Part shown: piece after piece, positions 1-12,660 of the stretch | Numbering within the stretch: position 1 is the first letter of the stretch | Layout: the number at the start of each line of letters is the position of its first letter | Source: Octopus vulgaris | Taxonomy: Eukaryota | Assembly: GCA_951406725.2 (NCBI GenBank) | Contig: OX597816.1 | Location: forward strand, 47,120,001-47,184,000 | Length of the DNA stretch: 64,000 nt | Direction: 5' to 3' | Translations under genes and position numbers: made by a program | Notes under the pieces: model-generated | Told to the model about the DNA's origin: nothing | The model's input: the letters and a program-made list of their open reading frames with translations, nothing else | Database searches by the model: none

Positions 1-71
1 GTCTTCACTTTCGTTTAAGGTATCAACATCAGTCAATTCCTGGATGAGATCAACTACAGCAATTGAAATAT
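1..71 (-). CDS. CTNNBL1: CTNNBL1 coding exon 5 (partial, runs off window)
   Basis: Minus-strand translation (D)ISIAVVDLIQELTDVDTLNESED matches CTNNBL1 'DVSIAVVDLLQELTDIDTLHESEE'. Preceded by an AC acceptor at 72-73. Confidence 0.93.
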
Positions 72-854
72 GTAACACTGTTAAGGAAACACACACTCCT
101 GGTATAAATGTTGTCATCATCCATTCATTAAATGAATTTAGATGAATATAACTCGAAACATTGCCTCGTGTCACTGACATCTTGATCCAAGAGGTTAATC
201 CTGGTAAAACACGTGTTTTCAAGATCTACTTTTCCTAGAAAAAGAGTATCAGGCAATCAATACTGTTTATAGAAGGATGAACCATTAGGTAGCTTCTACA
301 TGGTTACTGAGCTCGCTAAATCTCTATCAAATCACATTTGTCTTGTCTTGAGAGAAAGTAACAAAAGACATAATGGATAATGCATTCCTAGATATCATTA
401 ACAAGACTGGATGGTCATGGCTAGAACATCTTCAATCATAGACTTGCAGGATGGATGTTGACCTGGGGCTAAAATCATCAAAAATTTGTTTGGTGATAAG
501 TCCAACTGCTGATAAACTCAGCACTAAAACCAAAACCATACTCACTGAGCTAAGTGCTGTTATTTGTTGAAGTAGTGCAATACTTAAAGCTAGATGCATT
601 GTCACTGAGAGTTAAGTATCTTGGCCATGAACTCAGTATAGAACTAGGAATAGCATATGAACTATTTACACTTTGATTCATTAACTAGTACTTTGCCAAA
701 GCAACTGTGACACTCTTTCACACATAGTATAAAGCCATTAAATTGTGTTAAGAATAACACTTAAACCATGCTAAAAACTAGTTATTGTACATTTTCATTG
801 GGAAAGACATGCAAAATAGGATGTTGATAAAATGAAGGAGAGTTTTATTACTCT

Positions 855-1215
855 TTACTTGTTTCAGTCATTTGACTGTGGTCATGCTGGAGCACCGCCT
901 TTAGTCGAGCAAATCGATCCCCAGGACTTATTCTTTGTAAGCCTAGTACTTATTTCATTGGCCTCTTTTGCTGAACCGCTAAGTTACGGGGACGTAAACA
1001 CACAAGCATCAGCTGTCAAGCGATGTTGGGGGGACAAACACATACATATATATATACATATACATATATACGATGGGCTTCTTTCAGTTTCCGTCTACCA
1101 AATCCACTCACAAGGCTTTGGTCGGTTCGAGGCAATAGTAGAAGACACTTGCCCAAAGTGCCATGCAGTGGGACTGAACCCGGAACAATGTGGTTTGTAA
1201 GCAAGCTACTTACTA
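855..1215 (-). mobile_element. tRNA-derived SINE, family A (internal TA microsatellite)
   Basis: Reverse complement of the full copy at 21622-22020 (GGCACCTTGGGCAAGTGTCTTCTACTAT core, ...GACTGAAACAAGTAAA tail). Confidence 0.85.
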
Positions 1216-1242
1216 CATTAGTAAAATAAGAAAAGAAATAAT

Positions 1243-1612
1243 AAACAAGAGCAATCAGAGAGTGTAAACCTCCACCAAGGCAACACCAACTTCATCTCAA
1301 TGATTAACCAGAAATGATTTTTAAAATGAGAATATCTGAAATAAACTAGACTGCTGTCACAAACAAAAATACTAAAAATGAACCCAACCGCTCTCAAAAA
1401 TTAAGTAAAAAAAAACAGGAAAAATAATCTGGAATCCTTATCCAGTACTGGATCGATCCCAAAATCTAATCAGGTCATGCCAGTCACGAGGCCTAAAAAA
1501 TCCTGAAAGTTTTATCCGAATCCATGCAGCGGTTCTTGAGATATCTTGTCCATGGACAAACAAACAAACAAACGTGGCTGAAAAAATTACCTCTGCTTTC
1601 GGAGGTAATAAC
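1243..1612 (-). mobile_element. Helentron/DINE-1-like non-autonomous rolling-circle element
   Basis: Terminal ATTACCTC...GAGGTAAT hairpin, a (GTTT)n tract and a GGAGGTTTACACTCTCTGATTGCTCTTGTT end, as in HINE/DINE-type elements. Confidence 0.55.
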
Positions 1613-1654
1613 ACACACAACAAACAAAAACAAGTTGTCATACACAAAGGATAT

Positions 1655-1794
1655 CAGTGTTGTCATGTGTTAATAACTGTAATAGTGACTGTACAGTGTT
1701 TAGTTCTACTAAAACATGATAGAGTGCAGGCACAGTTGCTACCACATGCATTTCATGGAGGACATCATTCAGTTCCATTTCAGATTCCATAAAC
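1655..1794 (-). CDS. CTNNBL1: CTNNBL1 coding exon 4
   Basis: FMESEMELNDVLHEMHVVATVPALYHVLVELNTVQSLLQLLTHDNT matches CTNNBL1 'FMESELDLNDIIQEMHVVATMPDLYHLLVELNAVQSLLGLLGHDNT'. AG acceptor at 1796-1795. Confidence 0.95.
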
Positions 1795-1896
1795 CTGTCA
1801 AAGAATATTACAGAACACATTATAAGAGAAGAAAGAATAAAATGTTTAACAGATGTAGTAATAAATAAATGTAGTATAGAAGAAGGAAAAAGAAAA

Positions 1897-2182
1897 TCAT
1901 CATCGTTAATGTCTGTTTTCCATGCTAGCATGGGTTGGACGGCTTGACCGGGGGTCTGGGAAGCCAGGAGGCTGCACCAGGCTCCAGTCTCATCTGGCAG
2001 TGTTTCTACAGCTGGATGCCCTTCCTAACACCAACCACTCCGTGAGTGTTGTGGGAGCTTTTTACATGCCACTGGCACAGGTGCCAGGGGAGGCTGGCAA
2101 TGGCCATGATCGGTTGGTGCTTTTTACGTGCCACCGGCATCGGCCACGTTTGGATGGTGCTTTTTATGTGCCACAGGCACGG
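1897..2182 (-). mobile_element. RTE LINE 3'-end fragment / RTE-tail SINE
   Basis: (CAT)n + CCATGCTAGCATGGGTTGGACGG...CTGGATGCCCTTCCTAA motif, shared with the ORF-bearing RTE at 40378-41745. Confidence 0.8.
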
Positions 2183-2778
2183 TAAAATATATTTATAATA
2201 TGAATAGGTGTACTAGAGTTAACAAAATTTCATAATCTGTTTCTTGATTAGTGGTAATATTCAAGATACATTAAAAAATATGGTTATGGAAAATTGCAAA
2301 CTTTAATCTGTCATATAAACCGAAATTTGTATATTAACATGAAGAATGACCACAATCCTACATCCTGATGCAGCTTTGGACCTCAAATGAAGATATATTT
2401 GTAATTCTTGGATGGTTTAAAAATGATGAACTGATAAAAAATGTGATAAAAAAAAAAAGACTTAGTAAAACAGTCACAAAAAATTGCAAATTTAAACTCA
2501 GCTTCTGCTGGCCTTATCATCAGCTAACTCCCAAAACCCAGCACCTATTTCTCACCTACTGTATGTTCTACCAACAGTCAATCTGTCAGAATTCAAGCTG
2601 AACATAGATTGCATAGAAAATCTCCTATGTAAGATACTTGTAAATGTTACAGGCATTAACACCTCTGCCTAGAGTAAAATGTAATTAAAAAAAATCCAAC
2701 TATTGCACAATCTAGAAATAACCAACAAAACCATTACGACAAAGTAGAAGGTTTAAAAAAGCATTAGATAATGTTTAC

Positions 2779-2885
2779 TTTTCTGGCATATCAGGAAATT
2801 TGACTCTCATTTCTTGATTTTTGTAGACTCGTTTTTCAAATTGAAGCAACATTCTTTTCAGAGCAATTTCATCAAGAACGTCAAT
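2779..2885 (-). CDS. CTNNBL1: CTNNBL1 coding exon 3
   Basis: IDVLDEIALKRMLLQFEKRVYKNQEMRVKFPDMPE(K) matches 'LDESSVKKMILTFEKRSYKNQELRIKFPDNPEK'. AG/GT boundaries; phases are consistent. Confidence 0.95.
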
Positions 2886-3159
2886 CTGTAAGGTAAACAG
2901 AAAATATTTGATCTATATTTTAACAATAATTTCATTTCATGTAATAATTCTCATCATATATGCCTACCAAATTGATTCTGCTTGTCTATATAACATCCTC
3001 TTTTATTGGTCTCAGTCACTTGGATTGCAGCTATGCTGGAGCTCATTGTCTTCAAGGGTTTTAATTGAGTATAACAGTTTAAAAATATTTGCAATATTTC
3101 ATCAACCACCAAGTTTTATATTGTGTTCTTGTAAAGTATTTATAAATGATTTTTACTTT

Positions 3160-3610
3160 GTAACCACATAGTTTGGGATTCAGTCTCATTTTGACGCATG
3201 TCTTACTGGGTGTCCTGCTTCCACAAGTTCCATCCATTTTAAGTGATTGGCACTTCTTTAAGCAACTGTCCTCATCCAAATGCATCATATGACCAAACCA
3301 GTACAGTCTTTTCTCTTGCATATTGCATCTAATTCCTCATATGCCTAACTTTTCTCTCAATACTCTGTTGTACATGTACACTGACACTGCGCATCCAACA
3401 GAACATATCAGGTTCTTCCTCTCAAGTCTTTGCATGTCCTCTGCATTCAGGGCCTATGTCTCTTAGAGAGAGAAACTTCTGGTTGCCAACAGAGATAAAA
3501 GCTCTCTGAACTTTCTTCATCTTATTCTTATTCTAGTAATTACACTTTCAGTGCATACTCCTCCACAACTAATTAGGTCCCTTAGGTAGCAGAAATTAGT
3601 CACTACCTAA
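3160..3610 (-). mobile_element. Decayed RTE LINE ORF fragment
   Basis: QEKRLYWFGHMMHLDEDSCLKKCQ...GSRTPSKT resembles the RTE C-terminal 'RLRWFGHV...GRPRKTW' region. Confidence 0.75.
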
Positions 3611-3930
3611 AATTTTTATATTCATATACTGAAGTGAATACACACACATACACGTTTAAAAACATATATATAATCATAATGAGTCAACTAAAAAGTATCC
3701 TCTGCGCAGCTTTATATTAACAATTCTTCTCAAAATGTTACTTCTCAGGGTAGTTTAAATAGTGATGTCTATGATTGTACTAGATTACTAGTGCAGTACA
3801 CAAAATAATAAGATGGTCTTTGTTTAATGGTTTTTATCATTGTTATTATTAATAGTACATTTAAGAATTCATTCAATTCATGCCAACATGAGAAATGGAC
3901 TTAAAATGAACGAATAAAATTGATACTAAC

Positions 3931-4110
3931 CTCAGGCTCTTCATCCTCAACTATCTGAGCAATTTTGACACGAGTCTCTTCAGATAACTGAGATTCAGCT
4001 CTCATCAGATCGTTTTCTGAAAATTTACTTTTCTTAGGATAGTCACTTTCGTTTTCATTTTCACCTTCATAATGTCGCTGCCGTTTATGACTGAATCCAG
4101 GTTTTTCTGG
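3931..4110 (-). CDS. CTNNBL1: CTNNBL1 coding exon 2
   Basis: 180-nt open exon PEKPGFSHKRQRHYEGE...IAQIVEDEEPE, with AG at 4112-4111 and GTTAGT donor. Phase 0/0 links exons 1 and 3. Confidence 0.88.
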
Positions 4111-4177
4111 CTATGATGATAATAATAATAATAACAATAATAATAATGATGATGATAATACAATAATAAAAATAATG

Positions 4178-4210
<33 letters not shown>

Positions 4211-4770
4211 TACACTACAAAATCAGTACTCCTGTTTACTTGTATGAACATCACCCCAAGCCAGTTGTTGGAGGTAAAAATAATGTCACTATCCTCTGGG
4301 ATTTTCCAGTCAACACTGACAGAATGATCCAGGCTAATCGACCAGACATAATTATTAAAGACAGGGAAGAAAACACTTGTAGACTAACAGATATAAGTGT
4401 TCCCACTGAAAAATATATCTGTAAAGGAATTTGACAAATTAAGTAAATATAAGGACCTGGAAACTGAATTACAAAAGATGTGGGATCTTAAAGTGAGAAC
4501 TGTTCCTGTTGTTCTAGGTACCCGAGGTATGATAAAAAGGGATGTCAGAAACATCTAGATAAGATCCCAGGAGAACCTTGCCTCAGAGAACTCCAAAGGA
4601 TTTAAATATCTGTGTTGTATTACAAGAAGATATTTTCCTACTGCCCCTACCACTTCCCCATCCCCAAGCTTTCAGTCAAACTGTAACATCTCTTATCTTT
4701 CACTTGCCTCAGGATGCTGGCTGTGTCTCAGCAAGTGATTGTAACAAAAATGCAGATTAAAAGTAAAAAA
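4211..4770 (+). mobile_element. Dong/R4-clade non-LTR retrotransposon 3' fragment (restriction-like endonuclease domain)
   Basis: YEHHPKPVV...ILWDFPVNTDRMIQANRPDIIIKD...DISVP...K.SKYKDL is an RLE PD-(D/E)xK motif. Flanked on both sides by (TAA)n. Confidence 0.8.
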
Positions 4771-4805
4771 TAACAATAATAGAAATGATAACAAAAATAA
4801 TAATA

Positions 4806-6085
4806 GTCCTTTCTACTATAGGCACAAGGCCTGAAATTTTGCTGGTAGGGTTAAGATGATAACATCAATCCCAGTACTCAGCTGGTACTTATTTCATCGA
4901 TGCTAAAAGGAAGAAGGCAAAGTTGACCTTGGCAAAATTTGAACTTATTGACAGATGAAATACTGCAAAGCATTTTGCCTAGCATGCAAATGGTTCTGCC
5001 AGCTTTCTGTCTTGATAATAATAATCCTTTCTACTATGGGGAGAGTACTAGTTGATCTCCTCGATCCCAGTACTTGATTGGTACTTAATTTATCAATCCC
5101 GAAAGGATGAAAAGCAAAGTCACCTTGATGATAATAATAATGATAATAGTAATAATAATAATAATAAAGTGATAATAATTATTCCAAATTTTTGCCACAA
5201 GGGCAGTTTGGGGGAGGTGGAGACGAGTCAACTACATCAACCCCAGTATTCAACTGGTACTTATTTGATCGACTTCGAAAGGATGAAAGGCAAAGTTGCC
5301 TTGATAGTAAGAAAATAATAATAATACAAACACTAATACAACAAAAGACTGCACCACACCCCATAAAAAAAAAAGAAACTGATGAAATACAATACTAGGA
5401 AGTGTGTACACTCCCAACAACAACAAAGAAAAAAGAACACACAATGCTGTGGTTGAACAATGATAATAATAAAAATAATAGTAATAACAACCCACAAACA
5501 CAAGATACACTTTACACAGTAAATATCCAATAAAATAGACAACCTTTACAACATGTACTCTAGAGGCCATACACCCAACAGAAGAACACAACTTGCATTA
5601 CACACACAACACAAACACTAATACAACAAAAGGCTACAACCAAAGCCCATAACAAAACAAACATGCTTGAAACTAACAAATGTCAAATAATAAAAATAAT
5701 AATGGTTTCAAATTTTGGCACAAGACTAGCAATTTTTTTTGGTGGGGATAAGTCTTATTTTATTGACCCAATGAGGTTAAGAGGTAAAGTCAACCCCAGC
5801 AACATTTGAACCTAGAATGTAAAGACTGACAGATGTTGCTAAACATTTCGCCTGGTGTGCTAATAGTTCTGCCAGCTCACCATAATAATAATAATAATAA
5901 TCCTTTCTACTATAGGTACAAGGCCTGAAATTTTGGGGGAGGGGCCCAGTTGATTCGATTGACTCCGAAAAGATAAAAGACAAAGTCGATCTCAGCAGAA
6001 TTTGAATTCAGAATGTAATGGCAAACGAAATACTGCTAAGCATTTCACCCAGCATGCTAACAATTCTGCCAGCTTGCCGCCTCCA
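4806..6085 (-). mobile_element. Cluster of about 5 full or partial tRNA-derived SINEs (family B) separated by (AAT)n
   Basis: Repeated GAAAGGATGAAAGGCAAAGTCGACC / TTCTGCCAGCT segments similar to the TSD-flanked copy at 53458-53683. Confidence 0.75.
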
Positions 6086-6424
6086 TATAATAATAATAGC
6101 AGTAGTGGTAGCAGCAGTAGTAGAAGATGATGATAGCTTTTGCTTAATTGACAATGTTTTCAAAAGAATCAAAAATGATAAAGGTAGAAAATGGATGAGA
6201 AAAATGCAATAATACAAAGAACATAATTAACTTAACTTGAAAATATTTTAAATCTGAAACTTAAATTTCTAGTTAAACCAGTACACAAGAGTTTGCAGTA
6301 ACGGTATTTAATGAATAAATAATCAATCAGCTGACCAGTAACTAGAGAGTAATACACTATTACTTCTCTATAACAAAAGCAAATTTTTGCATAAGCTTAC
6401 ATACAAATAACTTGATTACTAGTA

Positions 6425-6770
6425 ATCATCATCATCATCGTTTAGCATTCGCTTTCCATGCTAGCATGGGTTGGATGGTTTAACTGGGGTCTGGGAAGCC
6501 AGAAGGCTGCACCAGGCCCAGTTTGATCTGGCAATGTTTCTACGGCTGGATGCCCTTCCTAACGCCAACCACTCCATGAGTGTAGTGGGTGCAAACGGCC
6601 ACAATCGGATGGTGCTTTTTATGTGCCACCGGCACGGGAGCCAGGCGAGGCTGGCAACGGCCACGAACGGATGGTGCTTTTTACGTGCCACCGGCATGAG
6701 GCCAGTCGGGGCGGCACAGGCAACGGCCACGTTTGGATGGTTCTCTTACGTGCTAACGCGTCATACAGTC
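6425..6770 (-). mobile_element. RTE 3'-end fragment
   Basis: Same (CAT)n/CCATGCTAGCATGG 3' end as 40378-40700. Confidence 0.8.
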
Positions 6771-6813
6771 TGCCTTTTACTCTTTTAATATATATATATA
6801 TCTCTGATACATG

Positions 6814-7559
6814 CAGGGTGAGGTAAAAGTCATGTCCCATAGGAGTTCATTAATTAATAATGTTTTAAATGTCTAATTTCTTCTGGTATCTTCTTATTTG
6901 CAGAAACAACTTTGATGAATTAAGATGAGTGAAAAACTAACGAAGGATGAATGAGTTACCTTAGTGTTCATGTATTGGAAAGCAGGTGCTACTAACAGAT
7001 CTGTTTAAGAGGAACTCAACAGGCAGAATCTACACTGACTTCCAATAGATAAGTGTAATTAATTATTTTAAAGAAACTAGTAGTGCTTCTGACCACCCTT
7101 GAAGTGGCAGATCGAAAGTGCAACCAAACCAACATCAATGGTGGAATTGAAAATGAAATGCAGTAAAATAACAGAGGAAACTCTCTGATGTGTTAACCCT
7201 TTCGTGTTCAGATTACTCTATCAGATGTATTACTTATTTATTCATTACTTTGAATTTATCAGGCATTATCTCTTAGCTTCAAGATATTGGTGGTGTGATC
7301 GTTTACTTTTAAAATGACATTGTAGAATAGATGTAAGAGGTCAGATCTGGCCAGTTTGAACGAAAAACGGGTAAAATATTTGGCCTGGATATGACTGGTT
7401 TAAATGCAAAAGGTTTAATGAACTATGCAGGCACAGAATTGAAATGTGTTATGAAAAGGAAGGGGAGCATTTTGAACAGTACATAAAACTAGCAAATAAA
7501 ATTTTCCTGTGTACTTTTGATAAATTATCCCTGTAGTGCACGACTTTCGCTTCACCCTG
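6814..7559 (+). mobile_element. Internally deleted Tc1/mariner-type element with a nested MITE
   Basis: Imperfect TIRs CAGGGTGAGGTAAAAGTC / GACTTTCGCTTCACCCTG followed by TA. C-terminal remnant RIEMCYEKEGEHFEQYIK. Confidence 0.6.
7193..7418 (+). mobile_element. piggyBac-like MITE (about 225 bp)
   Basis: TTAA-CCCTTT... / ...AAAGG(G)TTAA ends. Homologous copies at about 9555-9764, 11420-11605, 38440-38654, 45745-45935 and 49807-50000. Confidence 0.7.
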
Positions 7560-8294
7560 TATATTCTTAGATGTGCTGGCTGCTCATCTCATCTCAAAAT
7601 TAAAACAATTAGCCAAAATGAATAGAAAGGTATATGGATGAGATACCCCACCTCCCTAGTTACTGGAACCAAAAAAATTAAGCATGGGATTGGCTGATTA
7701 TGGCGAAGCCTCTGACAGCATTATATTTAGAAAAAATGTGACAGGAATAAAGCAACCACAAGAACACAGTATATCAACCATGCCAATACTACATAAGATG
7801 CTCAAAAGAACCCCAATCCTATGTGTAGAGGAATTTTCACTTCTCTGCTTATTCCTGTTATTTTGTGCAGCTCTCTTGATTCTGTTAATAAATTTGCTGA
7901 ATCAAGTCACCAATAATTACAAATGCTATGGATGTGAGTTCATGCAGGAGTCTCTTTCCAGTTAGTTGATTTGCCAGAATAGGTAGCCAAATCTCTCTGC
8001 TGCATTCAAAACAGGAAAGATATATTAAATAATGTAGTCGTATATGTGCAATGGCAGTCAAATAGTTACAGTTAGAAGCCCTTTGATTACAGATTGACAT
8101 GATCAGGATTAATCTGGAGCAAAACAACAATGCTATAGATGAATTATAAATAATTTCCTCATCAAAGATGATTTAAACAATATAGAGAAGACAACACTCA
8201 GCTGGAGTGTCTACGAAAAAACTGTGATATCAAAATAAAGGATTAAAAAAATGTGCTTAAGCAATTCTGGGAAATCTTAGTACTTATTTTATCA

Positions 8295-8414
8295 GTTGCT
8301 TGGTACTTATTTTATCAGTTTCTTTTGCCAAACCGCTAAGTTACAGGCACATGAATGCACCAACAATGGTTGTCAAGTGGTATCGGGGAACAAACACAGA
8401 CACACACACACATA

Positions 8415-8456
<42 letters not shown>

Positions 8457-8610
8457 GGGCTTCTTTTAGTTTCCATCTAATAAATCCACTCACAAGACTT
8501 TGGTTGGCCCGAGGCTATATTAGAAGACACTTGCCCAAGGTGCCATGCAGTGGCACTGAACTCGGAACCATGTGGTTGTGAAGCAAGCTTCTTACCACAC
8601 TGCCATGCCA
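8295..8610 (-). mobile_element. SINE family A copy
   Basis: Homology to 21622-22020. Confidence 0.8.
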
Positions 8611-9436
8611 GGACAAAATAACAGAAAGGGTTAAAAAAAACCAAAAAACAAATAAAGGATAAAAATCAAACCAGAACTCAAAAATTACCAAAAAGCAAAA
8701 GAGAAAAAACCTATCAATATCCTGTAAGACTGGTTTTAGTAACAAAAGATCAATGTCTATCCACAAAAATATAAAGCATAACAAGAGGATAACATGAATT
8801 ATAAACCAGTGGTTCTCAAACTGACAAAAACCAGGCCTATACAATATAGTAATAAAACATTTTAGTACCCTGCCATTACCATGTACGACAAAACAAAGTA
8901 TAATTATCATCATAATTTTAAAGAACACTTTTCCATGCTTGCATGGGTTAGACAGAGTTTACTGAAGTAGATTTTTTTACAACTGGATGCTCTTCCTGTA
9001 ACCAACCCTCACCTGTATCCAAGCAACATAATATTTCCTCATTGCCAGACGTTTTCACAGAAAATTGGAAATGAATGGCACTGCTGGTAAGACAGTGACA
9101 TTCACAATTATCAGTCAATACACACACATCATGGACTCTCTTGTTGTTAGATGACGTATGAGGGTTCGGCAATTTCTTGCTGAACAACCACACAGATGAT
9201 TTGTTTATAGTGATCAAATGTTTGTGCACACATAAGCTCCATCAAATTGACATTACCTGAACAGGTGCACTATGTACCACATGTCTGATTATGAAATGAT
9301 CGCAGAGCAACATGAAATGAGGTGCTCTGCTCAAGAACACAATGCAACGCCCGGTCTGGGGATTGAACCCACGATCTTTCAATTGTGAGTGTGACACCCT
9401 AACCACTAAGCCATGCACCATCACTCTCTCTCTCTC

Positions 9437-9473
<37 letters not shown>

Positions 9474-10329
9474 ATATGCATACATACACATATACATGTA
9501 AGAAGATAATTGGTGTTGAACAAATTTAAAATGTTGGAAACTACCTTAATTTCATTAACCAGTCATATCCAACCAAAACATTCTACCTGTTTTATATTCA
9601 GATTGGCCAGATCCAGCCTTTCACACCTACCCTACAATGTCAATCTAAAAGTAAGCAATTACATCATTGAAATCTGAAAGCTGTGAGATAGTGCATGATT
9701 AATTCAAAGCAAGGTGAATAAATAAGCATTACATTTGACAGAGTAATCTGGATGCTAGAGTTAAACATGGCAGTTTTCTTGACCCTCTTCAATTCTCACT
9801 CAACCACTCCCCTTGAGAAACACTACTGTAGACTATACAAATAATGACATCATTTTCACCAGTCCAGGTTTTAAAAAAACAAACTAAACATCCATGTTTT
9901 GTTTCTTTTTGTCTTGCAAGTACTTGGTGATCCTGTCAGTACAGCTGCCAATTAAAAGCATCCAGTCCACACAGTAAAGTGGTTGGCATTTGGAAAGACA
10001 TCAAGCTGTATAAAACCTCGTCAAAACTGACCTTGCTTGTGTTTGTGCCACATAAAAAGCACTAAGTCCACTCTGCTGAGTGGTTGGTGTTAGGAAGAGC
10101 ATCCAGCTGTAAAAATCTTGCCAAAACAGTTACAGAAGTCTGGTGCAGGGTTCTGCCTGGCTAGCTCTTGTCTAATTGTCCCACCCATGCCAGCACGGAA
10201 GGCAGATGATAATGATAATGATCATCAAGTATTTCAATAAGTTGGTAATTATAACCACTAGACAATATACAGATATTTCCATATGGAAACTGAGAATACA
10301 TATAAATCTATACCAAAACCAGTACGTAA

Positions 10330-11062
10330 GGTGTAGGCATGATTGTGTGGTAAGAAGGTTGCTTCTTAACCACAAGGTTCTGGGTTTAGTCTTACTGTGT
10401 GACAACTTGAGCAAGTGTTTCTGTTATAGCCTCAGACCAACCAAAGCCTTGTGAGTGGATATATATGTCCATGTATGTATGTATGTGTATGTGTCAAGTC
10501 CTCATTAAAGGCCTGTGATATGCAGGACACTGACTGGGAGAACAATGCCTGTCATCGCCACAGATGGAGGAAGCAGGTTAAGGAGGGGATCGACACTTTT
10601 GAGAGAGCACGTATCCAGCATGAAGAACTGAAGCGAGCTGCGTGAAAGCGCACGGCTCGTATAGTGAATGGGGAAAGCTTGGTCTGCAATGTTTGCAGTC
10701 TTGTATGCTTGTCAAGAGCAGGGCTCATTAGCCACCAACGGAGCTGCAAATGCAAAATATAAGTTAGTGTTAGAGCGCACTATGTTCCTGAAGGTCGGCA
10801 ATGGTCTTCCTCGTTCACGAGTGGACGGCGATCATCATATATATATATATATATATATAGCAATGTTTATGTGTCCCCCCACCACCACTTGATAACTGGT
10901 GCTGGTGTATTTATGTCCCTGTAACTTAGCAGTTCAGAAAAAGAGACTGACAGAATAAGAACCATGCTTAAAATAAAAGAACTGGGGTTGATTTGTTTAA
11001 CTAAAATACTTTAAGCCAGTGCCCCAGCATGGCTGCAGTTTAATGACTGAAACAAGTGAAAG
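10330..11062 (+). mobile_element. SINE family A interrupted by an RTE/BovB-like 3' fragment (about 10495-10837)
   Basis: SINE 5' and 3' halves flank KSSLKACDMQDTDWENNACHRHRWRKQVKEG...CNVCSLVCLSRAGLISHQRSC, an RTE-BovB-type C-terminal zinc knuckle. Confidence 0.7.
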
Positions 11063-11084
11063 ATAAAAGATGACACTGATATAA

Positions 11085-11400
11085 CTGCAATAATCTGGGA
11101 TATGTATGTCCGGACTGATAAAGCAGAACAATGTGAATTGCTCAGATATTACAATCAAAGATAGAAATGAAGTCATCCATTGATACACATTTCAATTCCT
11201 TCTGATCAAAACATTACCATGAAAGAAGCCACCAAGGCTGTTAAAATACAAGTGCCTCAAAATGGAAGCAGGATGGGATACAAGAGTACAAAATAGTAGT
11301 GCACTGGATGTGCACAAACCCAAAAGCCATACCAGGGCTCACACAACACACAACCCCAGAATTAGTCTTAGTAGATATGGTAACATAACTCAGTGGAATT
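11085..11400 (+). mobile_element. Decayed Dong/R4-like RLE fragment
   Basis: IIWD...TDK...DITIKDR...ISIPSDQNI remnants parallel 4211-4770. Confidence 0.5.
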
Positions 11401-12660
11401 AAACCCAACAAAGAACTGCTTATTTATTCGCATAATTTTGAATTAATCATATACTGTCTCATAGCTTCAAGACTTCAACGAGCTGATTGTTTATTTTTAG
11501 AATGACATTGTAGGGTAGGTGTGAGAAGCTGTATCTGGCCAGTTTGAACATAAAACAGATAGAATATCTGGGCTGGATGTGGCCAGTTTAAATGCTAAAG
11601 GGTTGACACAAGAAACAACTAAACATATTACAAATACCACAAACTCCTTCCCACTTCTTCAGGAGATAAACTCCACATATTTTTGAAAGTAGAGGAATCT
11701 ACTAAAAAAAACCCCCAAAAAACCCCACAATAATGGTCGCATGGTTTTGGGGAAGAGTGTTAATTAAATCCACCCCAACACATTCAACAGTAGAAAGATG
11801 AAGTAAACTCAAAACATGAATATATACTGGAAGGCATTTCACCCAGTACTCACAGCCACTCCACAATAATTCTAACTGTAAAACTGTTTCTAATTTCTGC
11901 ACAAGGCCAGCAATTTTGAGGGTAATGGATAAGTCAATACCATTGACCCAAACACTTGACTCGCACTTTATTTTATTGAGCCAGAAGGATGAAATGTAAA
12001 GTTGACCTCAGTGAGATTGAAATTCAGAATGTAAAGAGCTAGAACAAATACTGCACTCTAACAATTTTTAATGTCTTTTTACTACTACAGCTATTGTTTT
12101 GAATTAGGCACAAGAGCAGAAGTTTTAAATGAAGGGGAACCCCAGTGCCTGAACTCAGACTATAAAGAGCCAGAAGAAATAAGGTATTTTGCCTGAAGCT
12201 CTAATGATCCTGTCACACCACCATATTCAATATTTCTACAAAGGCACAAGCTTCATAGTTTGGGGAAAGAGAACAGTTGATTATATTGACCCTAGTACTT
12301 TACTCTGGTAGATTAAAAGGCAAAGTTCCTGTTTTGTCCTTATCTTTAGGTAAAACCATTACAAGTGATACATACAAATAATTAATTCATAGAAAATAAA
12401 AGTAACACATTGTTACGGACCCATGTAATAAATATAAATCAAAATTTAAAACACAAGGACAAGGTCACACATTTTGGGACTTGTGAATGTGTGTAGGTAT
12501 ATATATATAAATGGATGAATGAATTATCCTTTGTTTACAGTTAACACAGAAAATTCAATAAACAGTTACCAGGGTAGCAAAATTCACGCATATAAAAAAG
12601 ATGTAGCGACCTATTCAAGGTAGATATTCCAGGTTAATGTGCAGTAATTTGTATAGTATT

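Larger units (their letters stand above)
72..1654 (-). other. CTNNBL1: U12-type AT-AC intron (CTNNBL1 intron 4)
   Basis: 5' splice site ATATCCTTT at 1654-1646. Branch sequence TTCCTTAAC at 88-80. Terminal AC at 73-72. Splicing here restores the G|AT Asp codon and the frame. Confidence 0.93.

Noticed and set aside
1638-1931. 97-aa ORF read as a complete small gene
   Set aside because: It is CTNNBL1 exon 4 plus intronic read-through; the true donor is the AT-AC site at 1654.
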